From an uncultured Solirubrobacterales bacterium (GTDB taxonomy: Bacteria; Actinomycetota; Thermoleophilia; Solirubrobacterales; Solirubrobacteraceae): 64,000 bases of DNA. The stretch is taken from the NCBI GenBank assembly GCA_963748585.1, contig CAVVJR010000002.1, positions 8,468 to 72,467 of the forward strand, given 5' to 3'. Positions 51,068-61,284 of this stretch are shown one piece after another (the first letter of the stretch is position 1; each line of letters begins with the position of its first letter). The position numbers and the translations under genes were made by a program. The notes under the pieces were generated by a model. The model worked only from the letters and a program-made list of their open reading frames with translations. It was not told the DNA's origin and did not search any database.

Positions 51068-51678
51068 GCGGCCGGGTGGTCAGCCACGCGATGCGGGCTT
51101 ACTACGACCAGCGCGCCCGTGAGTACGACGACTGGTGGCTGGGCACCGGCCTGTTCGCTTCGCGGGAGCGCCCGGGCTGGGGAGCCGAGGTGTCCGACCT
51201 GATCGAGCTGGTCCGGGGACTGGAGCCGGCGCGGACGCTCGACGTGGCCTGCGGGACCGGCTTTCTCACCCGGCACCTCCGCGGTGAAGTGGTGGCGCTC
51301 GACCAGAGCGAGCAGATGGTCGAGCTCGCCGCAGGCCGCGCCCCCGGGATCGAGGTCCAGCAGGGCGACGCGGTGCCGCTGCCGTTCGCCGACCGTCGGT
51401 TCGACCGCGTGTTCACCAGTCACTTCTACGGTCACCTCCTGCCCGCCGAGCGCGCGGCGTTCCTGTCCGAGGCCGGGCGGGTCGCCGACCGCCTGGTCGT
51501 GGTCGACTCGGCCCGTCGCCCCGACTGTGGCGCCGAGGCGTGGCAGGAGCGGCGGCTCAACGACGGCTCCGCCCACCGGGTGTACAAGCGGTTCTTCGAG
51601 CCTGGAGCGCTGGCCGGAGAGCTCGGTGGGGCCGAGGTGCTCCACGCCGGCCGCTGGTTCGTCGTCGTCCAGACCTAG
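51064..51678 (+). CDS. class I SAM-dependent methyltransferase
   Basis: YYDQRAREYD, LDVACGTG, GDAVPLPFAD. Confidence 0.9.
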   Translation: MSGRVVSHAMRAYYDQRAREYDDWWLGTGLFASRERPGWGAEVSDLIELVRGLEPARTLDVACGTGFLTRHLRGEVVALDQSEQMVELAAGRAPGIEVQQGDAVPLPFADRRFDRVFTSHFYGHLLPAERAAFLSEAGRVADRLVVVDSARRPDCGAEAWQERRLNDGSAHRVYKRFFEPGALAGELGGAEVLHAGRWFVVVQT

Positions 51679-52415
51679 AGCGCGCTGGCTCCGGCGGCGA
51701 TGCTGGCCACCCCGGCGGCGACGATGATCGTGAGCAGCAGGGGCTGGAACAACTCCGGGTTGAGCCGCGCGAAGGCGCGACTGCCGACCGCGTGGCCACC
51801 GATCACGCAGGCCAGTCCGGCCAGGAGATCGACCGCGGTGAGATGTGCCCGGTGCAGCACGGGAACCAGGGTGACGAAGGCGATCGCGCCCAAGACCAGG
51901 AATGAGGCGCTGAGCGAGTCCCGCAGCTCGGCCGGGCTCAGGCCCCTCCGCGCCAGCCACAGGGCCTGCGGGGGTCCGCTGACCCCGGTCGAGGTCCCCA
52001 GAACGCCGGTGCTGAACCCCACCCCCAGCCGTCCCGCCATGCCACCCTCGCCGCTCGGGCGCGTGGCCGCGCGCCGAGCCAGCAACAGCGCGGCGGCGAT
52101 CAACGCCACCCCTACCGCCACCTGGAGTACGGCTTTGGGCAGGGCCCGGAGGAGCAGGACGCCGGCGACGCTGCCCGGGATCGCGGCCACCAGGATCGGC
52201 ACGAGCTCCCGCCAGGCCGGGCGCGGGCGGCGTCGTTCACCCAGGAGCACGAGCAGATTGAGCTCGAGGCCGAGCGCGGTCACGACCACGATCGCCCCCG
52301 CGGACGGGAGCACGGCGAATGCGATCGGACTCAGCACCAGGGCGAAGCCAATGCCGGCGGTTGCCTGTACGCACGCGGCCACGAGCGCGCCGACAGCGAG
52401 AAGCGCCACGGTCAC
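51675..52415 (-). CDS. TSUP (TauE/SafE) family transporter
   Basis: ACVQATAGIGFAL, GTSTGVSGPP; multi-TM; start approximate. Confidence 0.85.
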   Translation of the reverse strand: MTVALLAVGALVAACVQATAGIGFALVLSPIAFAVLPSAGAIVVVTALGLELNLLVLLGERRRPRPAWRELVPILVAAIPGSVAGVLLLRALPKAVLQVAVGVALIAAALLLARRAATRPSGEGGMAGRLGVGFSTGVLGTSTGVSGPPQALWLARRGLSPAELRDSLSASFLVLGAIAFVTLVPVLHRAHLTAVDLLAGLACVIGGHAVGSRAFARLNPELFQPLLLTIIVAAGVASIAAGASAL

Positions 52416-52493
52416 GATTGCGAGTATGACTGTCCCCTGCGCACGAGCTCGTTCGTCTCCAGGGCGAACCCAATCTCCCCAAGGAGGATCGAC

Positions 52494-52829
52494 ATGAAGT
52501 ACGCCCTGCTCATCTACATCAAGCCCGGCAGCTTCGAGGCCCTGTCCGAGGACGAGCGCGAGGCGGTCAGCCGCGAGTACTTCGCCATTCGCGACGATCC
52601 GAACTGCGTCGACGGCGCGCAGCTGGCGCCGCTCGAGACCGCGACCACGGTGCGCCAGGACAACGGCCACCCCCTGATCACCGACGGCCCGTTTGCCGAC
52701 ACCAAGGAGTTCCTCGGCGGCTACTACCTGTTCGAGGCCGACAACGTCGATCCCGTGCTCGAGGCGGCGGCGCGGATCCCGGCCGCCCGGATGGGCGGGG
52801 CGATCGAGGTCCGCCCGCTCGTGCATTGA
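52494..52829 (+). CDS. YciI/DGPF-domain protein
   Basis: MKYALLIY...TDGPFADTKEFLGGYY...IEVRP; AAGGAGG RBS. Confidence 0.93.
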   Translation: MKYALLIYIKPGSFEALSEDEREAVSREYFAIRDDPNCVDGAQLAPLETATTVRQDNGHPLITDGPFADTKEFLGGYYLFEADNVDPVLEAAARIPAARMGGAIEVRPLVH

Positions 52830-53986
52830 TCGAGCAGGCATTCCGTGAGCACTGGGGGCGCGTGCTGGCCTCCCTGGTCGGCTTCCTCGGCGACTTCGAC
52901 CTCGCCGAGGAGGCCGCCCAGGAGGCATTCGCGATCGCCGCCGAGCGGTGGCCGCGCGAGGGCACGCCCGCCCACCCGCTGGCCTGGCTGCTGACCACGG
53001 CCCGCCACCGCGCCGTCGACCGGATCCGGCGAGCCCGGACGCTGGCCGCCAAGGCGCCCCTGCTCGCGGCGGCGCAGAGCACCGAGGACGAGATGGACGA
53101 CCACGAGATTCCCGACGAGCGACTCGAGCTGATCTTCACCTGCTGCCACCCCGCGCTGGCCCTCGAGGCCCAGGTGGCGCTCACGCTGCGCTCGCTCGGC
53201 GGTCTCGAGAACGACGAGATCGCCCGGGCCTTCCTCATCTCGCCGGAGACGATGAAACGGCGCCTGTCCCGGGCGCGGGCCAAGATCAAGGCCACCGGCA
53301 TCCCGTTCCGCGTGCCCCCCGACCACCTGCTCCCCGATCGCCTGGACGCGGTCCTGACTGTGCTCTACCTGATCTTCAACGCCGGCTACGGGGGGCGGGT
53401 CGACCTGGCCGGCGAGGCCATCCGGCTCGCGCACGTGCTCGCCGCGCTGATGCCGGACGAACCCGAGGCGCACGGGCTGCTGGCCCTGATGACCCTCCAC
53501 CACTCTCGCCGGGGCGCGCGCTTCGCCGGCGGCTCGCTGGTCCGGCTGGCCGACCAGGACCGCTCGCTCTGGGAGACAGCCGAGATCGCCGCCGGACGCC
53601 GGCGCCTCGATCGCGCACTCGCGCTGCACGGCCGCGGCGCGTACGTGATCCAGGCCGCGATCGCCTCGCTGCAGCTGGAGCCCGAGGTCGACTGGGAGCA
53701 GATCGACGCGCTCTACGCCGAACTCGCGCGCATCACCGGCTCGCCCGTGGTCGAGCTCAACCGCGCCGTCGCGGTGGCCGAGTCACGGGGGCCCGGGGCC
53801 GCGCTGTCGCTCGTCGACAGCTTGGCGCTCGACGGCTACCAGTACTTCCATTCCACCCGGGCCGAGTTGCTGCGCCGGCTCGGACGCGACGGTGAGGCAC
53901 GGGCTGCCTACACCCGCGCGCTCGAGCTCGCGACTTCGGATCCGGAGCGCAGGTTTCTCGAGTGCCGGCGGGACGAGCTCGGGTGA
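52826..53986 (+). CDS. ECF sigma factor with C-terminal TPR-like extension (ECF42-type)
   Basis: DFDLAEEAAQEAF, DERLELIFTCCHPAL, LYLIFNAGY, PVVELNRAVA; follows a DGPF gene. Confidence 0.92.
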   Translation: MIEQAFREHWGRVLASLVGFLGDFDLAEEAAQEAFAIAAERWPREGTPAHPLAWLLTTARHRAVDRIRRARTLAAKAPLLAAAQSTEDEMDDHEIPDERLELIFTCCHPALALEAQVALTLRSLGGLENDEIARAFLISPETMKRRLSRARAKIKATGIPFRVPPDHLLPDRLDAVLTVLYLIFNAGYGGRVDLAGEAIRLAHVLAALMPDEPEAHGLLALMTLHHSRRGARFAGGSLVRLADQDRSLWETAEIAAGRRRLDRALALHGRGAYVIQAAIASLQLEPEVDWEQIDALYAELARITGSPVVELNRAVAVAESRGPGAALSLVDSLALDGYQYFHSTRAELLRRLGRDGEARAAYTRALELATSDPERRFLECRRDELG

Positions 53987-54059
53987 GAGGCTTCGCTCGT
54001 CGCGGCGGGCGGAGCCGAGACGTCGAGGCCCGCTTTTCGGTTCGGCCGACCGAAGATCC

Positions 54060-54884
54060 TTAGCCTTCAGGGCCGTTTGGAAGATGTCCGACGGGGGCGG
54101 TGAAGCCGAGGATCAGCTCGGCGGTCTCGAGCGGCACGTCGAGCTGCGGACAATGGCCGATTCCGTCCAGCTCGACGAAATCGGCATTGGGCAGCCACTC
54201 GGTCCGGTAGCGCGCGGCCGTGTCGGGCCACTTGAGCAGCTTGTCCTCCGTGCCCCAGACGATCCGCACCGGACAGGTGATCCGCTCGGCCTCCACCCGC
54301 CATCCCTCGCTCCGCGCCAGCTCGACCAGCGGCCGTACGGCGACGCAGTTCGCCACCCCGCGCATCTGGTGGACGATCAGCTCGGCCGGGATGTGCTCGA
54401 AGTTGGTGGTGATGAACATGGTTGCGCGGCGCCGGCCCTGGGGCGTCCGCGCGATTTCCTCAGCGTACGGCAGCGATTGGCGGACCATGTCCTGCAACAT
54501 CGGGAAATAGCGCAGCGTCTCGCGGTGGGACCGGTCGCCCGCGGCCCAACCGCCGGCGGGGGCCAGCGCCACCACCGACCGGGCCCGCCCCCGCGCGGCA
54601 AGCTGGAACGCGATGTAGCCGCCGAGCGAGTTTCCGACCAGGTGCGCGGTCTCGTACCCGCACTCGTCCATCGTCCGCTCGACCGCGTCCGCGAGCGTGC
54701 TGTCGCTTACTCCTCCGTCCAGCGGCGGGCCGCCCGCATGGCCGGCCAGGGTGGGTGCGAGCACCTCGTGGCGACGCTCGAGCAGGGGCAGGACGAGCTC
54801 CCAGGTCCGCCAGGTGTCGGTGAAGCCGTGCAGGCATACCAGCGGCTCGCCCGAGCCCCCGCGATACAGCGAGGTGAAGCTCAT
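54060..54884 (-). CDS. alpha/beta hydrolase
   Basis: LHGF, GNSLGG, WGTED, GHCPQ. Confidence 0.9.
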   Translation of the reverse strand: MSFTSLYRGGSGEPLVCLHGFTDTWRTWELVLPLLERRHEVLAPTLAGHAGGPPLDGGVSDSTLADAVERTMDECGYETAHLVGNSLGGYIAFQLAARGRARSVVALAPAGGWAAGDRSHRETLRYFPMLQDMVRQSLPYAEEIARTPQGRRRATMFITTNFEHIPAELIVHQMRGVANCVAVRPLVELARSEGWRVEAERITCPVRIVWGTEDKLLKWPDTAARYRTEWLPNADFVELDGIGHCPQLDVPLETAELILGFTAPVGHLPNGPEG

Positions 54885-56782
54885 CGGGCGATCTGGACCG
54901 TGTGGTGATAGCTCGAGGAGACGACCGACCAGGCCGGCTTGTGCCGGCCGAACACGTCGATCAGGCCCTTGTACAGGAAGGGCGGGAACGGCCACGGATT
55001 GCCGCCCGTGAACCCGGGCCCGGACACCGCATCCTGGAGCAGGAAGTAGATCGCCCCCGACAGCCAGGGCTTCGAGTTGAAGATGGCCAGGTGATAGCCG
55101 GCCGCGTTGGCCTGGAAGGCATACGTGCCCCGCTCCTCGGTCGGCCCGGACCGGTTGGCCTCAAAGCCGAACTCGGTCACCAGGAGGGCCTGGGTCGGAT
55201 AACAGGAGCGGAGGCCGTCGAGGAAGGGGCCGAGCGCGTCCCGGTCATCCGTGGTCCCACCCCCGGCGTCATACCAGCCGAAGTACTCGTTCAAGCCGAT
55301 GACGTCGAGCGGCGCGTACGCGGGCTGACAGTCGACCCCGGGCCAGTCGGCGATCGACATCCCGACCGGCCTCGTCGGGTCCCATCGATGGGCCAGCGCC
55401 ACCGCGCCGGCGATGTATGACGTCTCCGGGTCGGTGGCCGGAGTCGCGAGCTCATTGCCGATGCTCCAGACCATCACCGACGGGTGGTTCTGGTTGGCGA
55501 GGATGCTGTCGTGCAGCTCACCGTGGACCAGCGCGCGCCAGGCGGGGAGCTGCAGGTACTGATCGGTCACCGTGTCGTTCACCGGGATGTCCAGCCACAA
55601 CAAGAGCCCGTCGCGGTCGGCCAGCTCGGCCAGCTCCGGGTTGGGGGCATCAGCGCGGATCAGCGTGGCCCCGAGCGATCTCGCCGAGTTGATCGCGCCC
55701 CGGACGTCGGCCTGGGTGACGGCCCCACCCCGGCGGATGTCCTGCTCGCGGATCTCGACCCCGCGCAGGTGGACCGGCCGCCCGTTCAGGGTCAGCCGCC
55801 CGTCGGACGTGACCTTGATCGAGCGAATGCCGCTGTAGGCGAAGAAGCCGCCCAGCGTGTGCCCCCCCTTGTCGGCCAGCGTCAACGTCGCCGGATACAG
55901 GTGCGGGTGCCCGGGCGCCCACAGATCCGGATGGGGGATCGGCACGCCGGCCCGGGCGGTCCACGTCCCGTGCGGACGGAGCTTGACCTGGCCGAACTTG
56001 AGCGCCGCGGTGCCGTACCGGCCGTTCAGCTGCACGGTCTGCGGCGCCCCGGTCAGGTTGCGCACGCTCACCACCGCTTTGACCGTGGCGGTGCACTTGG
56101 GCGTCGCCGGACCGGAGGACGGACAGGAGAGGAGTGGGCGAATCTGCGCCGTGCTGATGTCGGCGGCCTGGACCCGACGCAGGTAGACCTCGCGCAGCAG
56201 GCCTCCGTAGTTCCACCACCCCCCGCCGGGCCCGGGGGGAAGCTGTCCGGGAAAGATCCGGTTGTCGACCCGGACCACGAGCCGGTTGACTCCCTTGCGG
56301 GTGTTGAGGTCGAACTCGAACGGCAGGTTGGCCCCGGTATGGCTTCCGAGCCGGTGCCCGTTGAGCCACACCGTGGCCACGTAGTTGGCCGATTCGAAGC
56401 GCACGATCCAGCGCCGCGCGGACGCCGGCACGTAGGGTGCGAAGGCGCCGGACGGGAGGGTGAAATCGCGCCGATACCACCCGACCGTGCCGTCCATCGC
56501 CGCGCTCGACAGATCACCGGCGTCATCGGAGTTGGGCACGCTCACGTGCGCCCAGCCGGCGGTCGAGGCGCTGTCCCGCCACCACCCCTGGCCCTCGCCG
56601 GCGTCCGTGGGGTCGGCGCGATACAGCCACGTCCCGCCGAGCAGATAGCGGCCGGTCTGGCCGTCGGCATACATGGCGCCGCGGGTCGGCGGCGAAGCGG
56701 CGGCGGCGGCGCTCGCCGACGGCGCCGTGAGGGCGCCGAGCAGGAGGACCGAAACGGCCAGGGCTAGCGAGCGAAACCGCAC
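54881..56782 (-). CDS. secreted glycoside hydrolase family 2
   Basis: Signal peptide; GWYRRDF; WWNYGGLLREV; WSIGNE; NEYFGWY; LVTEFG. Confidence 0.9.
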   Translation of the reverse strand: MRFRSLALAVSVLLLGALTAPSASAAAAASPPTRGAMYADGQTGRYLLGGTWLYRADPTDAGEGQGWWRDSASTAGWAHVSVPNSDDAGDLSSAAMDGTVGWYRRDFTLPSGAFAPYVPASARRWIVRFESANYVATVWLNGHRLGSHTGANLPFEFDLNTRKGVNRLVVRVDNRIFPGQLPPGPGGGWWNYGGLLREVYLRRVQAADISTAQIRPLLSCPSSGPATPKCTATVKAVVSVRNLTGAPQTVQLNGRYGTAALKFGQVKLRPHGTWTARAGVPIPHPDLWAPGHPHLYPATLTLADKGGHTLGGFFAYSGIRSIKVTSDGRLTLNGRPVHLRGVEIREQDIRRGGAVTQADVRGAINSARSLGATLIRADAPNPELAELADRDGLLLWLDIPVNDTVTDQYLQLPAWRALVHGELHDSILANQNHPSVMVWSIGNELATPATDPETSYIAGAVALAHRWDPTRPVGMSIADWPGVDCQPAYAPLDVIGLNEYFGWYDAGGGTTDDRDALGPFLDGLRSCYPTQALLVTEFGFEANRSGPTEERGTYAFQANAAGYHLAIFNSKPWLSGAIYFLLQDAVSGPGFTGGNPWPFPPFLYKGLIDVFGRHKPAWSVVSSSYHHTVQIAR

Positions 56783-56833
56783 GTCCGATGCACTCTTATC
56801 AGGTCTTTCAGGGGACGGGTAGTACGAGCCGAT

Positions 56834-57682
56834 ATGCCGACCGAAACCCCTCCACGGCTGGCCGTCGTCCTTGGCGGGGGCGGGCTGCTCGGCGCCCACG
56901 AGGTGGGCATGTTACGGGCCCTGGCCGAGCGCTCGATCCGCCCCGACGTCGTGCTCGGGACGTCCGTGGGAGCGCTCAACGGCGCCTTCTTCGCCCACGA
57001 CCCATCGCCGGAGGGGGTGGACCGGCTGATCGAGGTGTGGAGCGAGACGCAGGGGTTCCCCGGCGGGTCGCTGCTGCGCCGGATCAGCACCCTGGCTCGC
57101 AGCGGCACGCATCTGCAGTCACTGGACGAGGTTCGCGAGCGACTGCTGGCAATCCTTCCCGTGGCCGCGCTCGAGGAGCTCAGCACGCCGTTTCAATGCG
57201 TCGCCGCCTCGATCGAGCGGGCGGCCGAGCACTGGTTCGAGCGCGGCCCGCTGGCCGAGGTGATCCTGGCCTCGTGCGCGGTCCCGGGGATCCTCCCTCC
57301 GGTGAAGATCGGCGACGAGCACTTCATCGACGGCGGAATCGTCAACTCGATCCCGGTCGGCCGTGCGGTGGCGCTGGGAGCGAGCACGATCTACGTGCTG
57401 CAGGTCGGGCGGCTCGAGCAGCCGCTGCGCCCGCCCCGCTGGCCCTGGGAGGTCGCCCTGGTCGCGTTCGAGGTCGCCCGCCGCCACCGTTTCGCCCATG
57501 ACCTGCGATCGCTGCCCGACGAGGTCGAGATCCACGTTCTGCCCACTGGTGGCTCGGCCGCCCCGGCCTACAACGACCTCTACGGCCAGCTTCAGGTCCG
57601 CCGTCTGGCTCGCAGCGTCGAGCGCCAGATCGAGTCGGCATACGAGGCCTCGCTCCGCTACCTCGAGGATCCATGCCCCTGA
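56834..57682 (+). CDS. patatin-like phospholipase
   Basis: GGGGLLG, GTSVG, DGG. Confidence 0.93.
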   Translation: MPTETPPRLAVVLGGGGLLGAHEVGMLRALAERSIRPDVVLGTSVGALNGAFFAHDPSPEGVDRLIEVWSETQGFPGGSLLRRISTLARSGTHLQSLDEVRERLLAILPVAALEELSTPFQCVAASIERAAEHWFERGPLAEVILASCAVPGILPPVKIGDEHFIDGGIVNSIPVGRAVALGASTIYVLQVGRLEQPLRPPRWPWEVALVAFEVARRHRFAHDLRSLPDEVEIHVLPTGGSAAPAYNDLYGQLQVRRLARSVERQIESAYEASLRYLEDPCP

Positions 57683-58641
57683 AGCTCCCCGTCACCGTGC
57701 TCACGTGGGCGATCCTCGGGCTGCTCGTGCTGGCCCTGTCGCCCCTGCTCCTGGCCCTGGCCGCACTGGTCGGCGCAATCACTCGTGATCGCCGGCCGGC
57801 GATCTTCGCCCGGCTGCTTGTCAGCTACTTCGCCTACGAGCTCGGCACGCTCCTGGCCTGCGGCCTGCTGTGGCTGGCCGGGGGGCGGCGGCGCGTCCGA
57901 CCCCACTGGCGCCTGCTGCGGTGGTACGTCGGAGGCCTGGCCGGGAGGGTCGCCTCAGAGCTCGAGCTCACGATCGTCCCCGAAGCCTCTCCGGAAGCCG
58001 GCGCCGCTCTGGAGGATGACGGCCCCGTGCTCGTGTTCAGCCGTCACGCCGGTCCGGGCGACACCCTGTTCCTCGCCGATCACCTGCTCTCCGGCTTTCA
58101 CCGACTGCCCAGTGTGGTGTTCAAGGAGGTGCTGACCATCGACCCCTCGATCGACCTCCTCTCCCACCGGCTTCCGCACGCGGTGCTCGACACCAGCGAC
58201 CGGGAGGAGTGCGAGAGCCAGATCACGCGGATCAGCCGAGAGCTGGGGCCGCGGGGCGTTCTCCTTCTCTTCCCGGAGGGGGGCAACTTCACCGAGGAGC
58301 GGCGAGGCTCCGCTCTGGCCAAGCTCAGGCGCAAGGGCCGGGATCACGAGGCCGCGCGGGCCGAGCGAATGCCCAACGTCATGCCTCCGCATCCGATCGG
58401 CGTCCAGTGCGCGGTGGATGCCAACCCGGACGCGACCGTGGTCTTCGCCGCCCACACGGGCCTCGGGCTGGCCGCCGACCCCGGCGCCCTGTGGCGGCGG
58501 ATGCCGATCGGGCGGACGCTGAGGACGCGGATGTGGGCGGTCCGGGCCAGCGAGATCCCGCGCGATGCCGACGCCCAGGTCGAGTGGCTGTATGACTGGT
58601 GGAAGCGGATCGACGAATGGATCGCCGACGCCGGCGCGTGA
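57673..58641 (+). CDS. PlsC-type acyltransferase
   Basis: RHAGPGD (HxxxxD), LFPEGG. Confidence 0.88.
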   Translation: MPLKLPVTVLTWAILGLLVLALSPLLLALAALVGAITRDRRPAIFARLLVSYFAYELGTLLACGLLWLAGGRRRVRPHWRLLRWYVGGLAGRVASELELTIVPEASPEAGAALEDDGPVLVFSRHAGPGDTLFLADHLLSGFHRLPSVVFKEVLTIDPSIDLLSHRLPHAVLDTSDREECESQITRISRELGPRGVLLLFPEGGNFTEERRGSALAKLRRKGRDHEAARAERMPNVMPPHPIGVQCAVDANPDATVVFAAHTGLGLAADPGALWRRMPIGRTLRTRMWAVRASEIPRDADAQVEWLYDWWKRIDEWIADAGA

Positions 58642-58653
58642 GCGCCGGGCGGT

Positions 58654-59691
58654 TCAGGACATCAGCTCGGAGCGCTCGTCCACCGAGGTGTCGTGGACCG
58701 GGAGGGGCCGGCCGTCCCGCCCGCAGAACGGCGTCGCCTCGTCGTACCACGAGTGCGAGACATGTGCCCCCCATGAGGTTCGCCCGGCCCGATCGCCGAC
58801 GCTCCAGCGCAGCGGCTCGAGGTCGGGGTCGCCGGTGAAATAACCGGGCGTGAGCAGCTCGACCCGGTGGCCGTCCGGATCGCGGATGTAGACGAAGAAA
58901 GCGTTGGTGGCGCCGTGGCGGCCCGGCCCGCGTTCGATCGCCTCCGCTTCTCCGGCCGCCGCGAGCTGATCGCACGCGTGCAGCACGGCCAGCGGTTCGG
59001 CGACCGCGAACGCCACGTGGTGCAGGCGGGGACCGATGCCGGTCATCAGGCCGAGGTCGTGACCGGTCTGCTTGCGGTACAGCCAGGTCCCGCACAGGCG
59101 CTCCTCGAAGCCCTCGGTTGACAGGTACTCCGAGCAGCGAAAACCGTGGCCGGCCCAGAACGGGAGCACGCGCTCGATGTCGGCGACCTGGAGGTTCACG
59201 TGGTCGAACCGGAGCAGCGGCGCCCCGCGCTGGTCGTGGAAGTCCCGCAACCGCGACTCGACCGGCTCCATGGCGCAGAAGAACTCGAGCGGGATCCCGA
59301 GCGGATCGGCCAGCCTCAGCGCTCGGCCGTGATGCGGCTCGCCGCCGTACCACTCGGCCCGCGTGCCCGCGGCCTCGCACTGCTCGGCCATCCGCTCGAG
59401 GTCGTCCTCGTCCCGGACCCGGAAGGCCACGTGGCCGACCGCGGGCTCTGACCCGTGGCGGAGGACCAGGCTGTGATGGGTGTGCTCCTCCCACCCACGC
59501 AGGTACACGGCCTGATCGGTGCGATCGCTCTCCACCAGCCCGAGCACGTCGACGTAGAAGCGGGCCGAGGCCTCGAGGTCGTCGACCAGCAACTCCACGT
59601 GGGCCACTCGGATGATGTCGTACGGCGGCCGCTCGACCTGGCGCACCAGCTCGTCGATCCGTGGCGCCTCGCCGAGGTCGACCTCACTCAT
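58654..59691 (-). CDS. hpaD: extradiol ring-cleavage dioxygenase, homoprotocatechuate 2,3-dioxygenase-like
   Basis: RFYVDVLGL, YLRGWEEHTHHSLVL, RFDHVN, RLHHVAF, GPGRHG.TNAF.VYIRDPDGHRVE. Confidence 0.8.
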   Translation of the reverse strand: MSEVDLGEAPRIDELVRQVERPPYDIIRVAHVELLVDDLEASARFYVDVLGLVESDRTDQAVYLRGWEEHTHHSLVLRHGSEPAVGHVAFRVRDEDDLERMAEQCEAAGTRAEWYGGEPHHGRALRLADPLGIPLEFFCAMEPVESRLRDFHDQRGAPLLRFDHVNLQVADIERVLPFWAGHGFRCSEYLSTEGFEERLCGTWLYRKQTGHDLGLMTGIGPRLHHVAFAVAEPLAVLHACDQLAAAGEAEAIERGPGRHGATNAFFVYIRDPDGHRVELLTPGYFTGDPDLEPLRWSVGDRAGRTSWGAHVSHSWYDEATPFCGRDGRPLPVHDTSVDERSELMS

Positions 59692-59716
59692 CCTCCGCGC
59701 ACAATAGACATTGAAG

Positions 59717-60430
59717 ATGACTGCTCTGTATCTCGGCGCCCCTCCGGACGCCGCCCTGGACGTGGCGATCTCGCACACGCTGCTCGAACAGGCCACCCTG
59801 GGCGCCGAGTCGCTTCGGATCTGGTCGCCGCCCCCAGCGGTCTCGTTCGGACGTCTGGATCTCCTCTCGCCCCACCGCGCTGCGGCGATCGCGCAGGCGC
59901 GAGCAGCCGGACTGGATCCCGTGCGGCGCCTGGCCGGAGGGCGGGCGGCGGCCATCGGCCCGGGCACCGTGTGCGTCGGCTGGGCCGACCCGAGCCCCGA
60001 TCTGGCCGGGATGCAGGATCGCTACGAGACCCTGGCCGGTGTCGTGGTCTCGGCGCTGGAGCGCGTCGGCGTCCCGGCGCGGGTGGGCGAGCTGCCCGGC
60101 GAGTGGTGCCCGGGATCCTGGAGCGTGATCGCCGGCGCCGGCAAGGCCGGCGGCCTGGCCCAGCGGGTGATCCGCGGCGGGGCGTGGGCCGAGGCGGTGA
60201 TGATCGTCACCGGCGCCGCGGCCCTGGCCGACGCGCTCGACCGCGTGCAGCGCGCGCTCGAGGTCGAGTGGGACCCGTCCACGCTCCACGACCTGCCCGG
60301 GGTCGCGCCCGAGCAGGTCTGCGACGCGCTGGTCGCCGAACTCGAGTCCCGCCGTCCGGTGGTTCGCTCCCCCGTCCCGCCGGAGCTCGCCCGCCGGGCG
60401 TCCGAGCTCCGGGCCGAGCACGAGCTGTGA
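59717..60430 (+). CDS. lipoate-protein ligase family protein
   Basis: LRIWSPPPAVSFGRLD, VRRLAGGRA, GEWCPGSWSV, KAGGLAQR. Confidence 0.82.
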   Translation: MTALYLGAPPDAALDVAISHTLLEQATLGAESLRIWSPPPAVSFGRLDLLSPHRAAAIAQARAAGLDPVRRLAGGRAAAIGPGTVCVGWADPSPDLAGMQDRYETLAGVVVSALERVGVPARVGELPGEWCPGSWSVIAGAGKAGGLAQRVIRGGAWAEAVMIVTGAAALADALDRVQRALEVEWDPSTLHDLPGVAPEQVCDALVAELESRRPVVRSPVPPELARRASELRAEHEL

Positions 60431-60523
60431 GACCGGCTTGGCGCCGCAGAGCCGGGGGCGCCCGCGGACACGGATGTCCGCGGCAACCGGCCCCATGGAC
60501 GCCGCCGCAGGCGGCCCACTACA

Positions 60524-61279
60524 TCAGTCGAAGGCCCAGCCGCCGTCGACCACAACGGTCTGCCCGGTGATGAACGAGGACCGCGCGCTGGCCAGGTAGG
60601 TGACCACGTCGGCCAGCTCGGCCGGGGTGCCCCGCCGCTTGAGCGACTGCTGCTCGATCACATACAGGCTGTAAGCCTCGGGGTCGGGATGGATGGTCTC
60701 CCCACCGGTCTGGAAGGCCCCCGGCGCCACCGTGTTGACCCGCACGTTGTGAACTCCGACCTCTCGCGCCAGAGCGCGGGTGAAGCCGACCACGCCGGCC
60801 TTGGAGGTGACGTAGGGAAGGATGTTGGGCAGCCCGGTCAGGGCGGTGATCGACCCGATGTTGACGATGCTGCCGCCGCCCCGCGTGATCATCGAGGGCA
60901 CCACGGCCTTGGCCATCACGAACAGCGAGCGGACGTTGGTGTCGAGCACGCGCGAGAACTCCTCCGCCTCGTACTCGTCCCAGGGACGCGAGGGATAGAT
61001 CGCGGCGTTGTTGACCACGACGTCGACCCCGCCGAACGCCTGTTGGGCCGCCGCCAGCACGTCATCGCCGAACGAGCGCGTCGACACGTCGGCGACGTGT
61101 CCGGCCACGGGTCCGAGCGCGGCCAGCCGGTGGACGAGGGCACGGCTCTGGCCGGAGTCGAGGTCGACCGCGAGCACCCGCGCGCCCTCCTCGAGCAGCC
61201 GCACCGCGATCGACTCGCCGAGCCCGCCGCTCGCCCCTCCGGTCACCACCGCCACCTTGTCCTTGAGCCCGAGGTCCAT
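60524..61279 (-). CDS. SDR family oxidoreductase
   Basis: VTGGASGGLG, VNNAA, YVTSK, VNTVAPG, VDGG. Confidence 0.93.
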   Translation of the reverse strand: MDLGLKDKVAVVTGGASGGLGESIAVRLLEEGARVLAVDLDSGQSRALVHRLAALGPVAGHVADVSTRSFGDDVLAAAQQAFGGVDVVVNNAAIYPSRPWDEYEAEEFSRVLDTNVRSLFVMAKAVVPSMITRGGGSIVNIGSITALTGLPNILPYVTSKAGVVGFTRALAREVGVHNVRVNTVAPGAFQTGGETIHPDPEAYSLYVIEQQSLKRRGTPAELADVVTYLASARSSFITGQTVVVDGGWAFD

Positions 61280-61284
61280 CGCGG

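Noticed and set aside
52494-53986. YciI/DGPF plus long ECF sigma factor as a novel system
   Set aside because: Matches the already described ECF42-type arrangement
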